A program made the position numbers and the translations under genes. Shown here one piece after another: positions 20,826 to 29,628 of a stretch of 54,999 bases of DNA. The stretch is from Eubacteriales bacterium (GTDB lineage Bacteria > Bacillota > Clostridia > Oscillospirales > CAG-272), in the NCBI GenBank assembly GCA_045634425.1, contig JAZRAF010000045.1:1-54999 (forward strand), given 5' to 3'. Each line of letters begins with the position of its first letter. The stretch's first letter is position 1. The notes under the pieces were generated by a model. The model made no database searches. It was not told the DNA's origin and saw only the letters and a program-made list of their open reading frames with translations.

Positions 20826-21569
20826 ATGAGTTTGGCTAAAATACTTTATTACGCATTATCAGCTCTGGCCGTCCTCATCGTCTTGACTATACACGAATAC
20901 TCACACGCATACGCCGCATACAAGCTTGGCGACCCTACCGCAAAGAACGTTGGCAGACTTACGCTTAACCCCATAAAGCACATCGATCCATTCGGTGCGC
21001 TTTGTATGCTTTTGTTTCACTTTGGTTGGGCAAGGCCCGTGCCGATAAATCCGCGCAATTTCAAAAATCCGAAGCGTGGATTTGCAATAAGCGCTATGGC
21101 AGGACCGCTTTCCAACCTTGTAATGGCATTCATATCGGCGTTTGTGTACCTTCTTACCTACGCACTGCTTCGCGACGTAAAATTCACCTCGGAGTTTACG
21201 TACAATATCGCGCAGAACACGCTTGATTTTATCTACGTTTTTCACATAATCAACGTAGGTATAGCGGTGTTTAATCTACTTCCCGTGCCGCCCCTTGACG
21301 GCTCGAGAATATTGACCGTGGTATTGCCGCCCAAGACCTACTTTGCCATTATGAAGTATGAGAGAACGATATATCTCGTGCTTATAGGCTGGCTTCTTCT
21401 TGGCGGATACGTTGCAGGCTTCCTTCTTTCAAATCCGTTAATTTCAAATAGCGCAGTCCTTTCATTCCTCGTATCCCTGTTTGATCTTTCGGGCAGACTG
21501 TCCGACATATTCGCGTGGATTTCAAAGGGAATGATGGAATTCTGGAAGCTTATTCCCTTTTTAAGATAA
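20826..21569 (+). CDS. Site-2 protease family (M50) membrane metalloprotease
   Basis: 247 aa, polytopic. HEYSHAYAA HExxH motif, and a downstream NLLPVPPLDG motif. Confidence 0.85.
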   Translation: MSLAKILYYALSALAVLIVLTIHEYSHAYAAYKLGDPTAKNVGRLTLNPIKHIDPFGALCMLLFHFGWARPVPINPRNFKNPKRGFAISAMAGPLSNLVMAFISAFVYLLTYALLRDVKFTSEFTYNIAQNTLDFIYVFHIINVGIAVFNLLPVPPLDGSRILTVVLPPKTYFAIMKYERTIYLVLIGWLLLGGYVAGFLLSNPLISNSAVLSFLVSLFDLSGRLSDIFAWISKGMMEFWKLIPFLR

Positions 21570-21599
21570 GCATTTTCCTTTACCGATTGGAGATTTTCA

Positions 21600-22448
21600 A
21601 TGATAGAACAAGTGACATACAGGCTCGACCAATTTGAGGGCCCGCTTGACCTTTTATTAACGCTTATAACTAAAAACAAGGTGAGCATCACCGATATACC
21701 GATCGCTATAATCTGCGACCAGTATATGGAATATATAGCCGAGGCTCAGCGAATGGACCTTGATATAGCGAGTGAGTTTATCGTTATGGCAAGTGAGCTT
21801 ATGCTTATCAAGAGCAGAATGATCCTGCCGCACGACGATGACCCCGCCAATGACCCTCGCCGCGAGATTGCAGATGCACTCCTTCTTTACCAGCAGGCGA
21901 AGCTTGCCGCAAAGGAGATGCGCTCACTTTACGAGGAGTATTCAGGCAGATTTGTCAAGGGCACGGACGACGTTCCGCCCGAGAAGGGATTGCCGCTTGA
22001 CCTTGATCCCAATCTCCTTATAAAGGCACTTAACTCCGTAATGAGGCGTATTAGGATCGCTAATGCGGAAAGAGCGCCCAAGGATCTCGTAAATCCCCTT
22101 ATAAAGCACAAGATAGTCTCGGTAGAGGAAAAGATCGAGGAGATCTGTGCCCTGCTCGAGGAGCACGAGGAGGCATCGCTTTTCTTCTTGCTTAAGGACG
22201 CAGACTCGCGCTCTGAGCTCGTTGCACGCTTTATGGGAGTGCTGGAGCTTATAAAGATACACAGAATTACGATAACCACCGTTCACTTCGTAGAGGACGT
22301 TGCCGAATACGATGCACAGGGTCTTGAGATGAAGTTTAAGCTTAACCCCGATTACATCCCCGGTGACGACATTCTTGAGAGTGAATTTGACATAGCGCCT
22401 CAACCCGAGGAAGCCAAGAATGACGAAAAGAATAAAGGAAAGGCCTAA
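21600..22448 (+). CDS. scpA: Segregation and condensation protein A
   Basis: 282 aa. YRLDQFEGPLDLLLTLITKNKVSITDIPIA is a typical ScpA N-terminus. Confidence 0.92.
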   Translation: MIEQVTYRLDQFEGPLDLLLTLITKNKVSITDIPIAIICDQYMEYIAEAQRMDLDIASEFIVMASELMLIKSRMILPHDDDPANDPRREIADALLLYQQAKLAAKEMRSLYEEYSGRFVKGTDDVPPEKGLPLDLDPNLLIKALNSVMRRIRIANAERAPKDLVNPLIKHKIVSVEEKIEEICALLEEHEEASLFFLLKDADSRSELVARFMGVLELIKIHRITITTVHFVEDVAEYDAQGLEMKFKLNPDYIPGDDILESEFDIAPQPEEAKNDEKNKGKA

Positions 22449-22453
22449 CGACG

Positions 22454-23326
22454 ATGAGTGAAGAAATCAAAGAAACAGAAGTAAAAACCGAAGCAACCGA
22501 GGAATCCGCCGAAGTAGCGCTCCCCAGATCTATCGTGGTCGAGGAAGCGATCGAGGCTATACTCTTTGCTGCAGGACACCCGATCTCATACGCTACATTG
22601 GCTAGAGTCCTTGATTCTACGCCCGCAAAGGTGCGTGATATCGTTGCAGAGTATTCTCTTAAGTACAACAACTCGGAGATCCCGCGCGGCGTATTGCTTC
22701 TTACATACTCGGATTCCTGTCAGCTTTGCACCAAGGAATACTACCTTGCAGAGATTCGTGACGCTCTCGGAATCAAGAAGAGCGGTACCCTTTCGTCCTC
22801 TGCGATGGAAACGCTTGCAATAGTTGCATACAACCAGCCTGTAACAAGACTGTTCGTTGATACCCTCAGAAAGGTTGACTCGTCCTATGCGATGAACAGC
22901 CTTATCGACCGCGGACTTATCGAGTGTAAGGGCCGTCTTGACGTTCCCGGCAGACCTATGCTTTACGGAACTACCTCCGACTTCTTGCGTTGCTTTGGTC
23001 TTAGCGATCTTGATTCCCTTCCCAAGACCACCGAGGAGATGACCGAGGTATTCGCAAATGCGAAGCTCGGCGAGGAAAACGGTGAATTGAATGAGGAAAA
23101 TGCGGAAATAAATAACGGTGAGGGTTCTCAGATAACTATTGAGGACGTCGAGGCCGAGGAGGCAGCGACCGCAGCCGAGATCAATGAGATAGAGGAGCCG
23201 TCCGCAGAGGATGACATTATCGCCGACGATATGCTTGTCGACTACGATATTCCCGCAGATGATAGAGAGGAAATCGAGGAAGCCGAAGAAGCAATCGAGG
23301 ATGAGGAGTCCGTGGACGCCGAGTAA
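22454..23326 (+). CDS. scpB: Segregation and condensation protein B with a C-terminal acidic extension of about 95 aa
   Basis: 290 aa. EAILFAAGHPISYATLA...ETLAIVAYNQPVTR...GRLDVPGRPMLYGTT ScpB core, then an E/D-rich tail. Confidence 0.9.
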   Translation: MSEEIKETEVKTEATEESAEVALPRSIVVEEAIEAILFAAGHPISYATLARVLDSTPAKVRDIVAEYSLKYNNSEIPRGVLLLTYSDSCQLCTKEYYLAEIRDALGIKKSGTLSSSAMETLAIVAYNQPVTRLFVDTLRKVDSSYAMNSLIDRGLIECKGRLDVPGRPMLYGTTSDFLRCFGLSDLDSLPKTTEEMTEVFANAKLGEENGELNEENAEINNGEGSQITIEDVEAEEAATAAEINEIEEPSAEDDIIADDMLVDYDIPADDREEIEEAEEAIEDEESVDAE

Positions 23327-23722
23327 ATGGCAGCTTTAACGATATTCGCTATCGCATCAGCAATAATACTTTTGCTTTTGATTCAGACTGTTACTGTCAG
23401 GCTGGTATTATCAAACGGATATCGCATAATCATTGACTATTCCCTTTTCACACTGACATTAAAAAGCGGGGGCGCTCCCCGGAAAAAGAAAAGAAAAAAG
23501 CTAATTTCTTCAATCGGAGCGCTAACGCGCTTGGCAGGACGAATAATCGCTTCTTCAAAAATCACCGTCCACCAACTAAATAAGCTTACATCGGACGCTG
23601 ATACCTTTTTAGACATCGCTTTGCAAACGCGATTATACAATATCGTATTTTCGGGCATAATCCTTCTATACGAAGAGATAAAGAGGAGGATTATAGGCTA
23701 TGTACGAAAATCGTATCAGTGA
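23327..23722 (+). CDS. Small membrane protein, YtfI-like (DUF2953-type)
   Basis: 131 aa. N-terminal TM helix and a lysine/arginine patch (PRKKKRKK). It sits immediately upstream of ytfJ and overlaps it. The family assignment rests on position and topology only. Confidence 0.5.
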   Translation: MAALTIFAIASAIILLLLIQTVTVRLVLSNGYRIIIDYSLFTLTLKSGGAPRKKKRKKLISSIGALTRLAGRIIASSKITVHQLNKLTSDADTFLDIALQTRLYNIVFSGIILLYEEIKRRIIGYVRKSYQ

Positions 23723-24080
23723 TATTATAAAAGCATCCTTAGACGGTGTCAAAAGCTTTACGGATATGGACACCGTTATAGGTAATGCTATAAACACTCC
23801 AAGCGGAGTGACCGTAATTCCCGTATCGAAGATCTCGGTCGGATTTGCCGGCGGCGGTCTTGATATAGGCGGGAAAAAGCTTACGGCAAATCAAAATTAC
23901 GGTACCGGAACAGGCAGCGGTGTGTCGGTCACGCCGATCGCGTTTCTTACCATAGGCAAAAATGCCGAGATAAATCTTATCAGTATAGACCAAAAGGTAA
24001 ATACGAGCGTTGACAGAGTCACTTCTCTGATCGAGCGCTCACCCGAGATAATCCAGAAAATAAAGGACGTATTTGGGTAA
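23700..24080 (+). CDS. ytfJ: Sporulation protein YtfJ (GerW family)
   Basis: 126 aa. ...VIGNAINTPSGVTVIPVSKISVGFAGGGLD... matches the characteristic YtfJ core as I remember it. Confidence 0.8.
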   Translation: MYENRISDIIKASLDGVKSFTDMDTVIGNAINTPSGVTVIPVSKISVGFAGGGLDIGGKKLTANQNYGTGTGSGVSVTPIAFLTIGKNAEINLISIDQKVNTSVDRVTSLIERSPEIIQKIKDVFG

Positions 24081-24149
24081 AATTTCATATTATACATTTT
24101 ATGTTTTTGCAAAAACTACCTATAAAATAATAGTAGGCGGAAATATAGA

Positions 24150-25262
24150 ATGTACAGAAATAAAAAAGAGTGGATATTAACGCTGCTGGTGCTGATATCC
24201 TTGATGTTCTCCCTTTTTACGGTCTACGTTTATTCGGAGAATTCGCCGTCCGTCAGTGCGCGTGCGGCAGCACTTTACGAGCCCGAAACAAGGTCCTTTA
24301 TTTATAAGAAAAACGCAAACGAGCGCCTTGGAATGGCGAGCACGACGAAGATAATGTCGGCGCTTATTGCACTTGAAAATATCGATCTTGACGAGCTTAT
24401 AGAGGTCGACGAGCGTGCGGTAGGCATTGACGGGTCGTCAATATACCTCGAGCGTGGCGAGATAATGAGCGCAGAGGATCTTATATACGCGCTTATGCTA
24501 AATAGTGCAAACGATGCCGCAGAGGCATTGGCATACGAGATATGCGGAAGCGTTGAGGGCTTTTGCGATATGATGAACGAGAGGGCCGCAGAGCTCGGCC
24601 TTTGTGATACTCACTTCTCAAATCCGCACGGCTTGGATGCAAAGGAGCACTACACCACCGCCCACGACCTCGCGCTTCTTACCGCAGAAGCGCTCAAAAA
24701 TCCCAAATTCAAGGAAATTACCTCGACAAAAAGTCGAGAAATAACGAGCAATATAAAAACGCGTGTGCTTAACAACCACAACAAGCTTTTGAAGCGATAT
24801 GACGGGTGCATAGGCGTAAAGACCGGATACACGCAAATGACCGGCCGCTCGCTTGTCAGTGCGGCGGAAAGAGACGGGCTGTGCCTTATCAGTGTCACCA
24901 TTGATGCGCCAAACGATTGGTCGGATCACACGAAAATGCTCGACTTCGGCTTTAATACCGTACACGCGCTCGAGCTTATAGGAGAGGGCGAATTTAACTA
25001 TTCCCTGCCCATAATAGACGGTAATCTCGACAGTATAGCCGTACAAAATAAAGATGCTTTAAAGTATATATACACGTCCGACGCTCCCGATATAACGAAG
25101 GAGATCCGCTTAGTGAGATTTGCGACGGCGCCGATCAAAGAAGGAGAGGTCGTTGGCGGTATCGTATTTAAATATAACGGTAAAATAATAGCCCACACCG
25201 ATATTATCGCAACAGAATCTGTTGAAAAAGCAAAGAAAAGGCCGCTTGACGGGCTGTTTTAG
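24150..25262 (+). CDS. dacB: D-alanyl-D-alanine carboxypeptidase (peptidase S11, PBP5*-like)
   Basis: 370 aa. N-terminal TM/signal sequence, SxxK (ASTTKIMS), SxN (NSANDAA) and KTG (VKTGYT) motifs. The scpAB...dacB...rluB order mirrors Bacillus. Confidence 0.8.
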   Translation: MYRNKKEWILTLLVLISLMFSLFTVYVYSENSPSVSARAAALYEPETRSFIYKKNANERLGMASTTKIMSALIALENIDLDELIEVDERAVGIDGSSIYLERGEIMSAEDLIYALMLNSANDAAEALAYEICGSVEGFCDMMNERAAELGLCDTHFSNPHGLDAKEHYTTAHDLALLTAEALKNPKFKEITSTKSREITSNIKTRVLNNHNKLLKRYDGCIGVKTGYTQMTGRSLVSAAERDGLCLISVTIDAPNDWSDHTKMLDFGFNTVHALELIGEGEFNYSLPIIDGNLDSIAVQNKDALKYIYTSDAPDITKEIRLVRFATAPIKEGEVVGGIVFKYNGKIIAHTDIIATESVEKAKKRPLDGLF

Positions 25263-25276
25263 CAATAGGAGGACAA

Positions 25277-26011
25277 ATGGAAAAGATCAGACTTCAGAAA
25301 TTTATATCCGATTCAGGACTTATGTCTCGCCGTGCCGCAGAGGCTGAAATAGAAAAAGGCAACGTTTCCGTAAACGGTCACGTTGCCGCAATCGGCGCAA
25401 AGATCGACCCCAAAAACGACGTAGTCGCAATCAAGGGCAAGCGCATCGAATACAAAAAGCGCGAGTACACCTACATAATGATGAATAAGCCGAGAGGATA
25501 TCTTTGCAGCACCACCGACGACAGGGGCAGAAAGTGCGTTACCGACCTTTTGGAGGGCGTTTCTGCACGCGTATATCCCGTTGGACGACTTGACCTTATA
25601 TCCGAGGGTATGCTGCTTTTGACCGATGACGGCGAGCTTAAAAACAGGCTCACTCACCCCAGCCATTCCCTGCCCAAGATCTACCGCGTAAAGGTTGGCG
25701 GCGAGGTCAGTGCAAGACAGCACGAGATACTCACCTCGGAGCTTGAGATAGACGGATACAAGATCAAGCCCGTAAACGTGGTTATCGGCGAGAGTGACGA
25801 GAGCGGAACCGTGCTTAAGATGACCCTTACCGAGGGTAGAAACCGCCAGATACGTAAGATGTGCGAGATCGCAGGTCTTACCGTTAAGAGACTTTCCAGA
25901 ATTTCGATCGGTACTCTAAAACTTAACAACCTTCCCGTTGGTAAGTGGAGATACCTTGAGGATGCCGAGGTTGATTACCTTTACAAGGCAACCAGAAAGG
26001 CGAATGGCTGA
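25277..26011 (+). CDS. rluB: Pseudouridine synthase, RsuA/RluB family, with an S4 domain
   Basis: 244 aa. RLQKFISDSGLMSRRAAE S4 N-terminus, GRLDLISEGMLLLTDDG catalytic Asp motif. Confidence 0.88.
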   Translation: MEKIRLQKFISDSGLMSRRAAEAEIEKGNVSVNGHVAAIGAKIDPKNDVVAIKGKRIEYKKREYTYIMMNKPRGYLCSTTDDRGRKCVTDLLEGVSARVYPVGRLDLISEGMLLLTDDGELKNRLTHPSHSLPKIYRVKVGGEVSARQHEILTSELEIDGYKIKPVNVVIGESDESGTVLKMTLTEGRNRQIRKMCEIAGLTVKRLSRISIGTLKLNNLPVGKWRYLEDAEVDYLYKATRKANG

Positions 26012-26013
26012 TA

Positions 26014-26421
26014 ATGTTTAAGATTTCGCCTATAAACGATATAAATCTTCAGGCTGAGTACGCAAAAAAGTGCGATACCGTCGCAAAGGACGGCTACTTT
26101 GCATACGCTATGATAGACGTTGAGACAAGCGAGCTTATGGGATTTTCCCAGTTCGAGATCGATGCGGGATGCGGTTATATCACCGACATACGCCCAAAGG
26201 TTGGTTTATCCGATTTCGAGGCTATGTTTATACTCGGCCGTGCGACGATGAATTTCATCGATATGTGCGGTGCGCATATATGCAAGGCAGATAAGGATGC
26301 CGCTGAGGAAAGACTGCTTAAATCTATCGGATTTAAGGCTACCGAGGACGGAAGCTGGTATGCAGATATGAGTGGAATGTTTGACGGTCACTGCGGCGGT
26401 CACACGGCAGAAGAAAACTAA
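26014..26421 (+). CDS. Hypothetical protein (135 aa), possibly a degenerate GNAT-like fold
   Basis: Translationally coupled to rluB (TGATAATG). Codon usage looks like its neighbours. No clear catalytic motif recognised. Ends in HCGGH. Confidence 0.5.
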   Translation: MFKISPINDINLQAEYAKKCDTVAKDGYFAYAMIDVETSELMGFSQFEIDAGCGYITDIRPKVGLSDFEAMFILGRATMNFIDMCGAHICKADKDAAEERLLKSIGFKATEDGSWYADMSGMFDGHCGGHTAEEN

Positions 26422-26430
26422 ATAAAGAAA

Positions 26431-26466
26431 ACACCCATCGGATGCTTTTCCGATGGGTGTTTTTCG
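26431..26466. terminator. Bidirectional intrinsic terminator between convergent genes
   Basis: Perfect 12-bp stem ACACCCATCGGA / TCCGATGGGTGT with a 6-nt loop. T-run on the + side and an A-rich run on the other side. Confidence 0.85.
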
Positions 26467-26474
26467 TATAAAAA

Positions 26475-27617
26475 TCAATCAGCGCAACGCTCTGCAAGCT
26501 TGTTGTGGTACTTGTGGTAGAATTCCTCAAAGGTTCCCTCATCAAGCGCATCACGGATCTTCTGCATAAGATCGTTATAGAAATAAAGGTTATGAAGCAC
26601 TGCAAGGCGCATACCGAGCATTTCCTTTGCCTTGAAGAGGTGGCGGATATATGCACGGGAGCAGCTCTTGCAAGCAGGACAGCCACAGCTGGGGGAGATT
26701 GGGCGGGAGTCCTCGGCATACTTCTCGTTTATAAGGTTCATCTTACCCTCCCAGGTAAAGAGGTTACCGTGGCGAGCATTACGGCTGGGCATTACGCAGT
26801 CGAAGAAGTCGACGCCGCGGTAAACCGCCTCAACGATGTTCTGAGGAGTGCCGACACCCATAAGATATCTGGGCTTATCAACAGGCATATGGGGCTCAAC
26901 GGTTTCGATGATGTGGTACATAACGTCGGCTTCCTCACCTACTGCAAGTCCGCCGATTGCATAGCCGTCGCACTCGACCTTTTTGATCTGTTCCATATTC
27001 TCAATACGGAGATCGTCGTAGGTGCCACCCTGGTTTATACCGAAGAGAAGCTGATCGCGGTTTACGGTGCTCTCAAGTGAGTTAAGACGGTCGAGCTCTG
27101 CCCTACATCTTTTAAGCCAACGAACGGTACGCTCCTGAGATGCCTTAACGTACTTATAGGGGGCAGGATTCTCCACGCACTCATCAAACGCCATAGCGAT
27201 GGTCGAGCCAAGGTGGGACTGAATACGCATCGACTCCTCGGGGCCCATAAATATACGCTTGCCGTCAAAGTGGGAGTTAAATGCAACGCCCTCTTCGGTT
27301 ATCTTGCGGAGCTTAGCAAGTGAGAATACCTGGAATCCGCCCGAGTCGGTGAGGACGGGTCTGTCCCAGTTAAAGAACTTATGAAGACCGCCCTGTCTGT
27401 ATATGATATCGTCACCGGGACGGATATGAAGGTGATATGTATTAGAAAGCTCAACCTGACAGTTAACCTCTCTGAGATCGTCGGTGGAAATTCCACCCTT
27501 TATAGCTGCCGAGGTGCCGACGTTCATAAACACCGGAGTTTCGATAGTTCCGTGAACGGTTTCAAATCTTCCGCGGCGAGCCTTTCCTTCGGTTTTTATT
27601 AAAGTAAACTTTGCCAT
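26475..27617 (-). CDS. tgt: Queuine tRNA-ribosyltransferase
   Basis: The track ORF extends to 27743, into mutL. I place the real start at the ATG at 27615-27617 (MAKFTLIKTEGKARRGRFETVHGTIETPVFMNVGT). LTDSGGFQV motif and C-terminal CxCxxC...H zinc site present. Confidence 0.93.
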   Translation of the reverse strand: MAKFTLIKTEGKARRGRFETVHGTIETPVFMNVGTSAAIKGGISTDDLREVNCQVELSNTYHLHIRPGDDIIYRQGGLHKFFNWDRPVLTDSGGFQVFSLAKLRKITEEGVAFNSHFDGKRIFMGPEESMRIQSHLGSTIAMAFDECVENPAPYKYVKASQERTVRWLKRCRAELDRLNSLESTVNRDQLLFGINQGGTYDDLRIENMEQIKKVECDGYAIGGLAVGEEADVMYHIIETVEPHMPVDKPRYLMGVGTPQNIVEAVYRGVDFFDCVMPSRNARHGNLFTWEGKMNLINEKYAEDSRPISPSCGCPACKSCSRAYIRHLFKAKEMLGMRLAVLHNLYFYNDLMQKIRDALDEGTFEEFYHKYHNKLAERCAD

Positions 27618-27630
27618 AAATCTATCCTTA

Positions 27631-29619
27631 TTATTTAATACGCTCGAACTGTCTGTCAAGCTCGTTTTTGGTAAGCTTATACGCAATAGGTCTGCCGTGC
27701 GGACAAACGGTAATGTCGGGAAGCAAAAGCACCTTGCCGACAAGCCACTCGATCACTGCGCTGTTGTACACTCTGCCTCCCTTGATTGCAGCCTTGCACG
27801 CAATCTGATAAAGTGCCTTTTCGCGTCTTATATCCTCGGTGACTCCGGGGTCGCCCTTGCCGTCGATCAGATCGTCGGTCATCTTCACAAAAAGTGCCTC
27901 GGCATCGGTAACGCTTATCGCATCGGGAATGGACGTGATATCTACCGAGCGCTTGCCTACTACGTACTCAAATCCGAGCTGCTCGATCTCGGTTTTATAC
28001 TCCTCGGCTGCTACTACTTCCTCGGGAGAAAGCAGAACTGTCATAGGAAGAATAAGGGTCTGAGATGATATTCTGCCGTCATTTTTCCTGTTATTATTGA
28101 GTTCTTCAAAAATTATACGTTCGTGTGCGGCGTGCTTATCAATTATCAGAAGTGCGCCGTCATACTCAACCATAACGTAGCAATTGAACGCCTCGCCGAC
28201 TATTTTGTGAGGGGGAATTTCGGGCTCGTCCGCCTTAGGCTGAGGAGCGATTTCCTTTGTTACCAACGACTCGTCAGGCTCTGCTTTTCTGTATCTTTCA
28301 AGAAGCTCAACAGAGTCCTTAGGTGCCATTTCAACACGGGTCTTAGGCTGCTGCTCAGTGGAGAAATAGGACTTGGTTGCGCCGATATCGCGGGATGCGC
28401 TGGCAACGCCGAGAGGCTTATCAAAATCAGAGGAATACTCACGGGTATAGCTTGTTTTCGTGAACGAGGGCGCAGGCTTGCTTTCGGGTGTGAAGGCAGG
28501 CCTTACAGGCACTCTTTCCTCGGTGATCTTTATCTGCTCGCCCTTGGTATCCTGACCAACGGGAACGAATGCGCCGAGGGGATTATAGTCACCCTTTTTG
28601 TTGTTGCCGAGTGTAAGCTCGGGGCGGTATTCGTGATCCTCAAGTGCAGTCTTAACAGTATAGTAAACGGTTTCAAATACTGCGCGCTCGTCGGTAAACT
28701 TGACCTCAAGCTTTGCGGGATGAACGTTTACGTCAACGGTCTTGGGATTCATCTCGAGGAACAGAATGCACGCCGGGAAGCACTCGGGCGCGATGTAGGA
28801 AGTATACGCCTTTTCGAGCGCCGCCATAGCGGTCATACTCTTAACGTATCTGCCGTTTATAAAGAAATTCTGCAGGTTTCTGTTCTTCTTAACGTTATCG
28901 CTGCGGCCTATAAATCCGTGAACACGAATGCCGTTTGCAGTTCCCTCTGCCTTTATGAGCTTCTTTGCAAAATCCTTGCCGAATACTGCATAAACAGTGT
29001 TGTAAAGGTCACCGTCACCGGGGGTCTTGAAGCGCTCCTCACCGTCTATCAAGAGCTGAATAGATATCTCGGGATGAGATACTGCAACTCTTTCGACAAG
29101 GGCGGCAACGTTCATAGCCTCGGTTGCGTCCTTTTTAAGGAACTTTCTGCGCGCGGGAACGTTTCCGAAGAGGTTTTCAACGACTACGGTGGTACCGTCA
29201 GCCGCACCAACCTCAGTGATATCGACTACCCTGCCCCCCTCTGCGGTAAGCATAGTGGCAACGGGCGCTTCCTTCGTCTTACTGATGATAGTCATAGACG
29301 AAACCGACGATATAGCCGCAAGAGCCTCGCCGCGGAAGCCGAGCGTCATAATCGAGTCAAGATCTTCTTTATCCTTGATCTTGCTCGTAGCGTGGCGCTT
29401 AAGTGCCACGGGAAGGTCTTCCTTTTCTATTCCGCATCCGTTATCGGATACTCTTATAAGTGCCACGCCGCCGCGCTTTATTTCAGCGACTATCGAGGTA
29501 GCACCCGAATCTATTGAATTTTCGATAAGCTCCTTAAGGACGGACGAGGGGCGCTCTACCACCTCGCCTGCCGCTATAAGGTTGGCTATCTCAAAGTCAA
29601 GAACGTTTATTTTTGACAT
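27631..29619 (-). CDS. mutL: DNA mismatch repair protein MutL
   Basis: 662 aa. IANLIAAGEVVERPSSVLKELIENSIDSGA GHKL ATPase N-terminus and a C-terminal endonuclease-type domain. Confidence 0.95.
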   Translation of the reverse strand: MSKINVLDFEIANLIAAGEVVERPSSVLKELIENSIDSGATSIVAEIKRGGVALIRVSDNGCGIEKEDLPVALKRHATSKIKDKEDLDSIMTLGFRGEALAAISSVSSMTIISKTKEAPVATMLTAEGGRVVDITEVGAADGTTVVVENLFGNVPARRKFLKKDATEAMNVAALVERVAVSHPEISIQLLIDGEERFKTPGDGDLYNTVYAVFGKDFAKKLIKAEGTANGIRVHGFIGRSDNVKKNRNLQNFFINGRYVKSMTAMAALEKAYTSYIAPECFPACILFLEMNPKTVDVNVHPAKLEVKFTDERAVFETVYYTVKTALEDHEYRPELTLGNNKKGDYNPLGAFVPVGQDTKGEQIKITEERVPVRPAFTPESKPAPSFTKTSYTREYSSDFDKPLGVASASRDIGATKSYFSTEQQPKTRVEMAPKDSVELLERYRKAEPDESLVTKEIAPQPKADEPEIPPHKIVGEAFNCYVMVEYDGALLIIDKHAAHERIIFEELNNNRKNDGRISSQTLILPMTVLLSPEEVVAAEEYKTEIEQLGFEYVVGKRSVDITSIPDAISVTDAEALFVKMTDDLIDGKGDPGVTEDIRREKALYQIACKAAIKGGRVYNSAVIEWLVGKVLLLPDITVCPHGRPIAYKLTKNELDRQFERIK

Positions 29620-29628
29620 ATATGCCTC

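Noticed and set aside
24081-24149. Sporulation sigma (SigE/SigF-type) promoter upstream of the dacB-like gene
   Set aside because: A TCATATT-like -35 can be read, but no acceptable CATACA-type -10 follows at the right spacing. The evidence is too weak to annotate.
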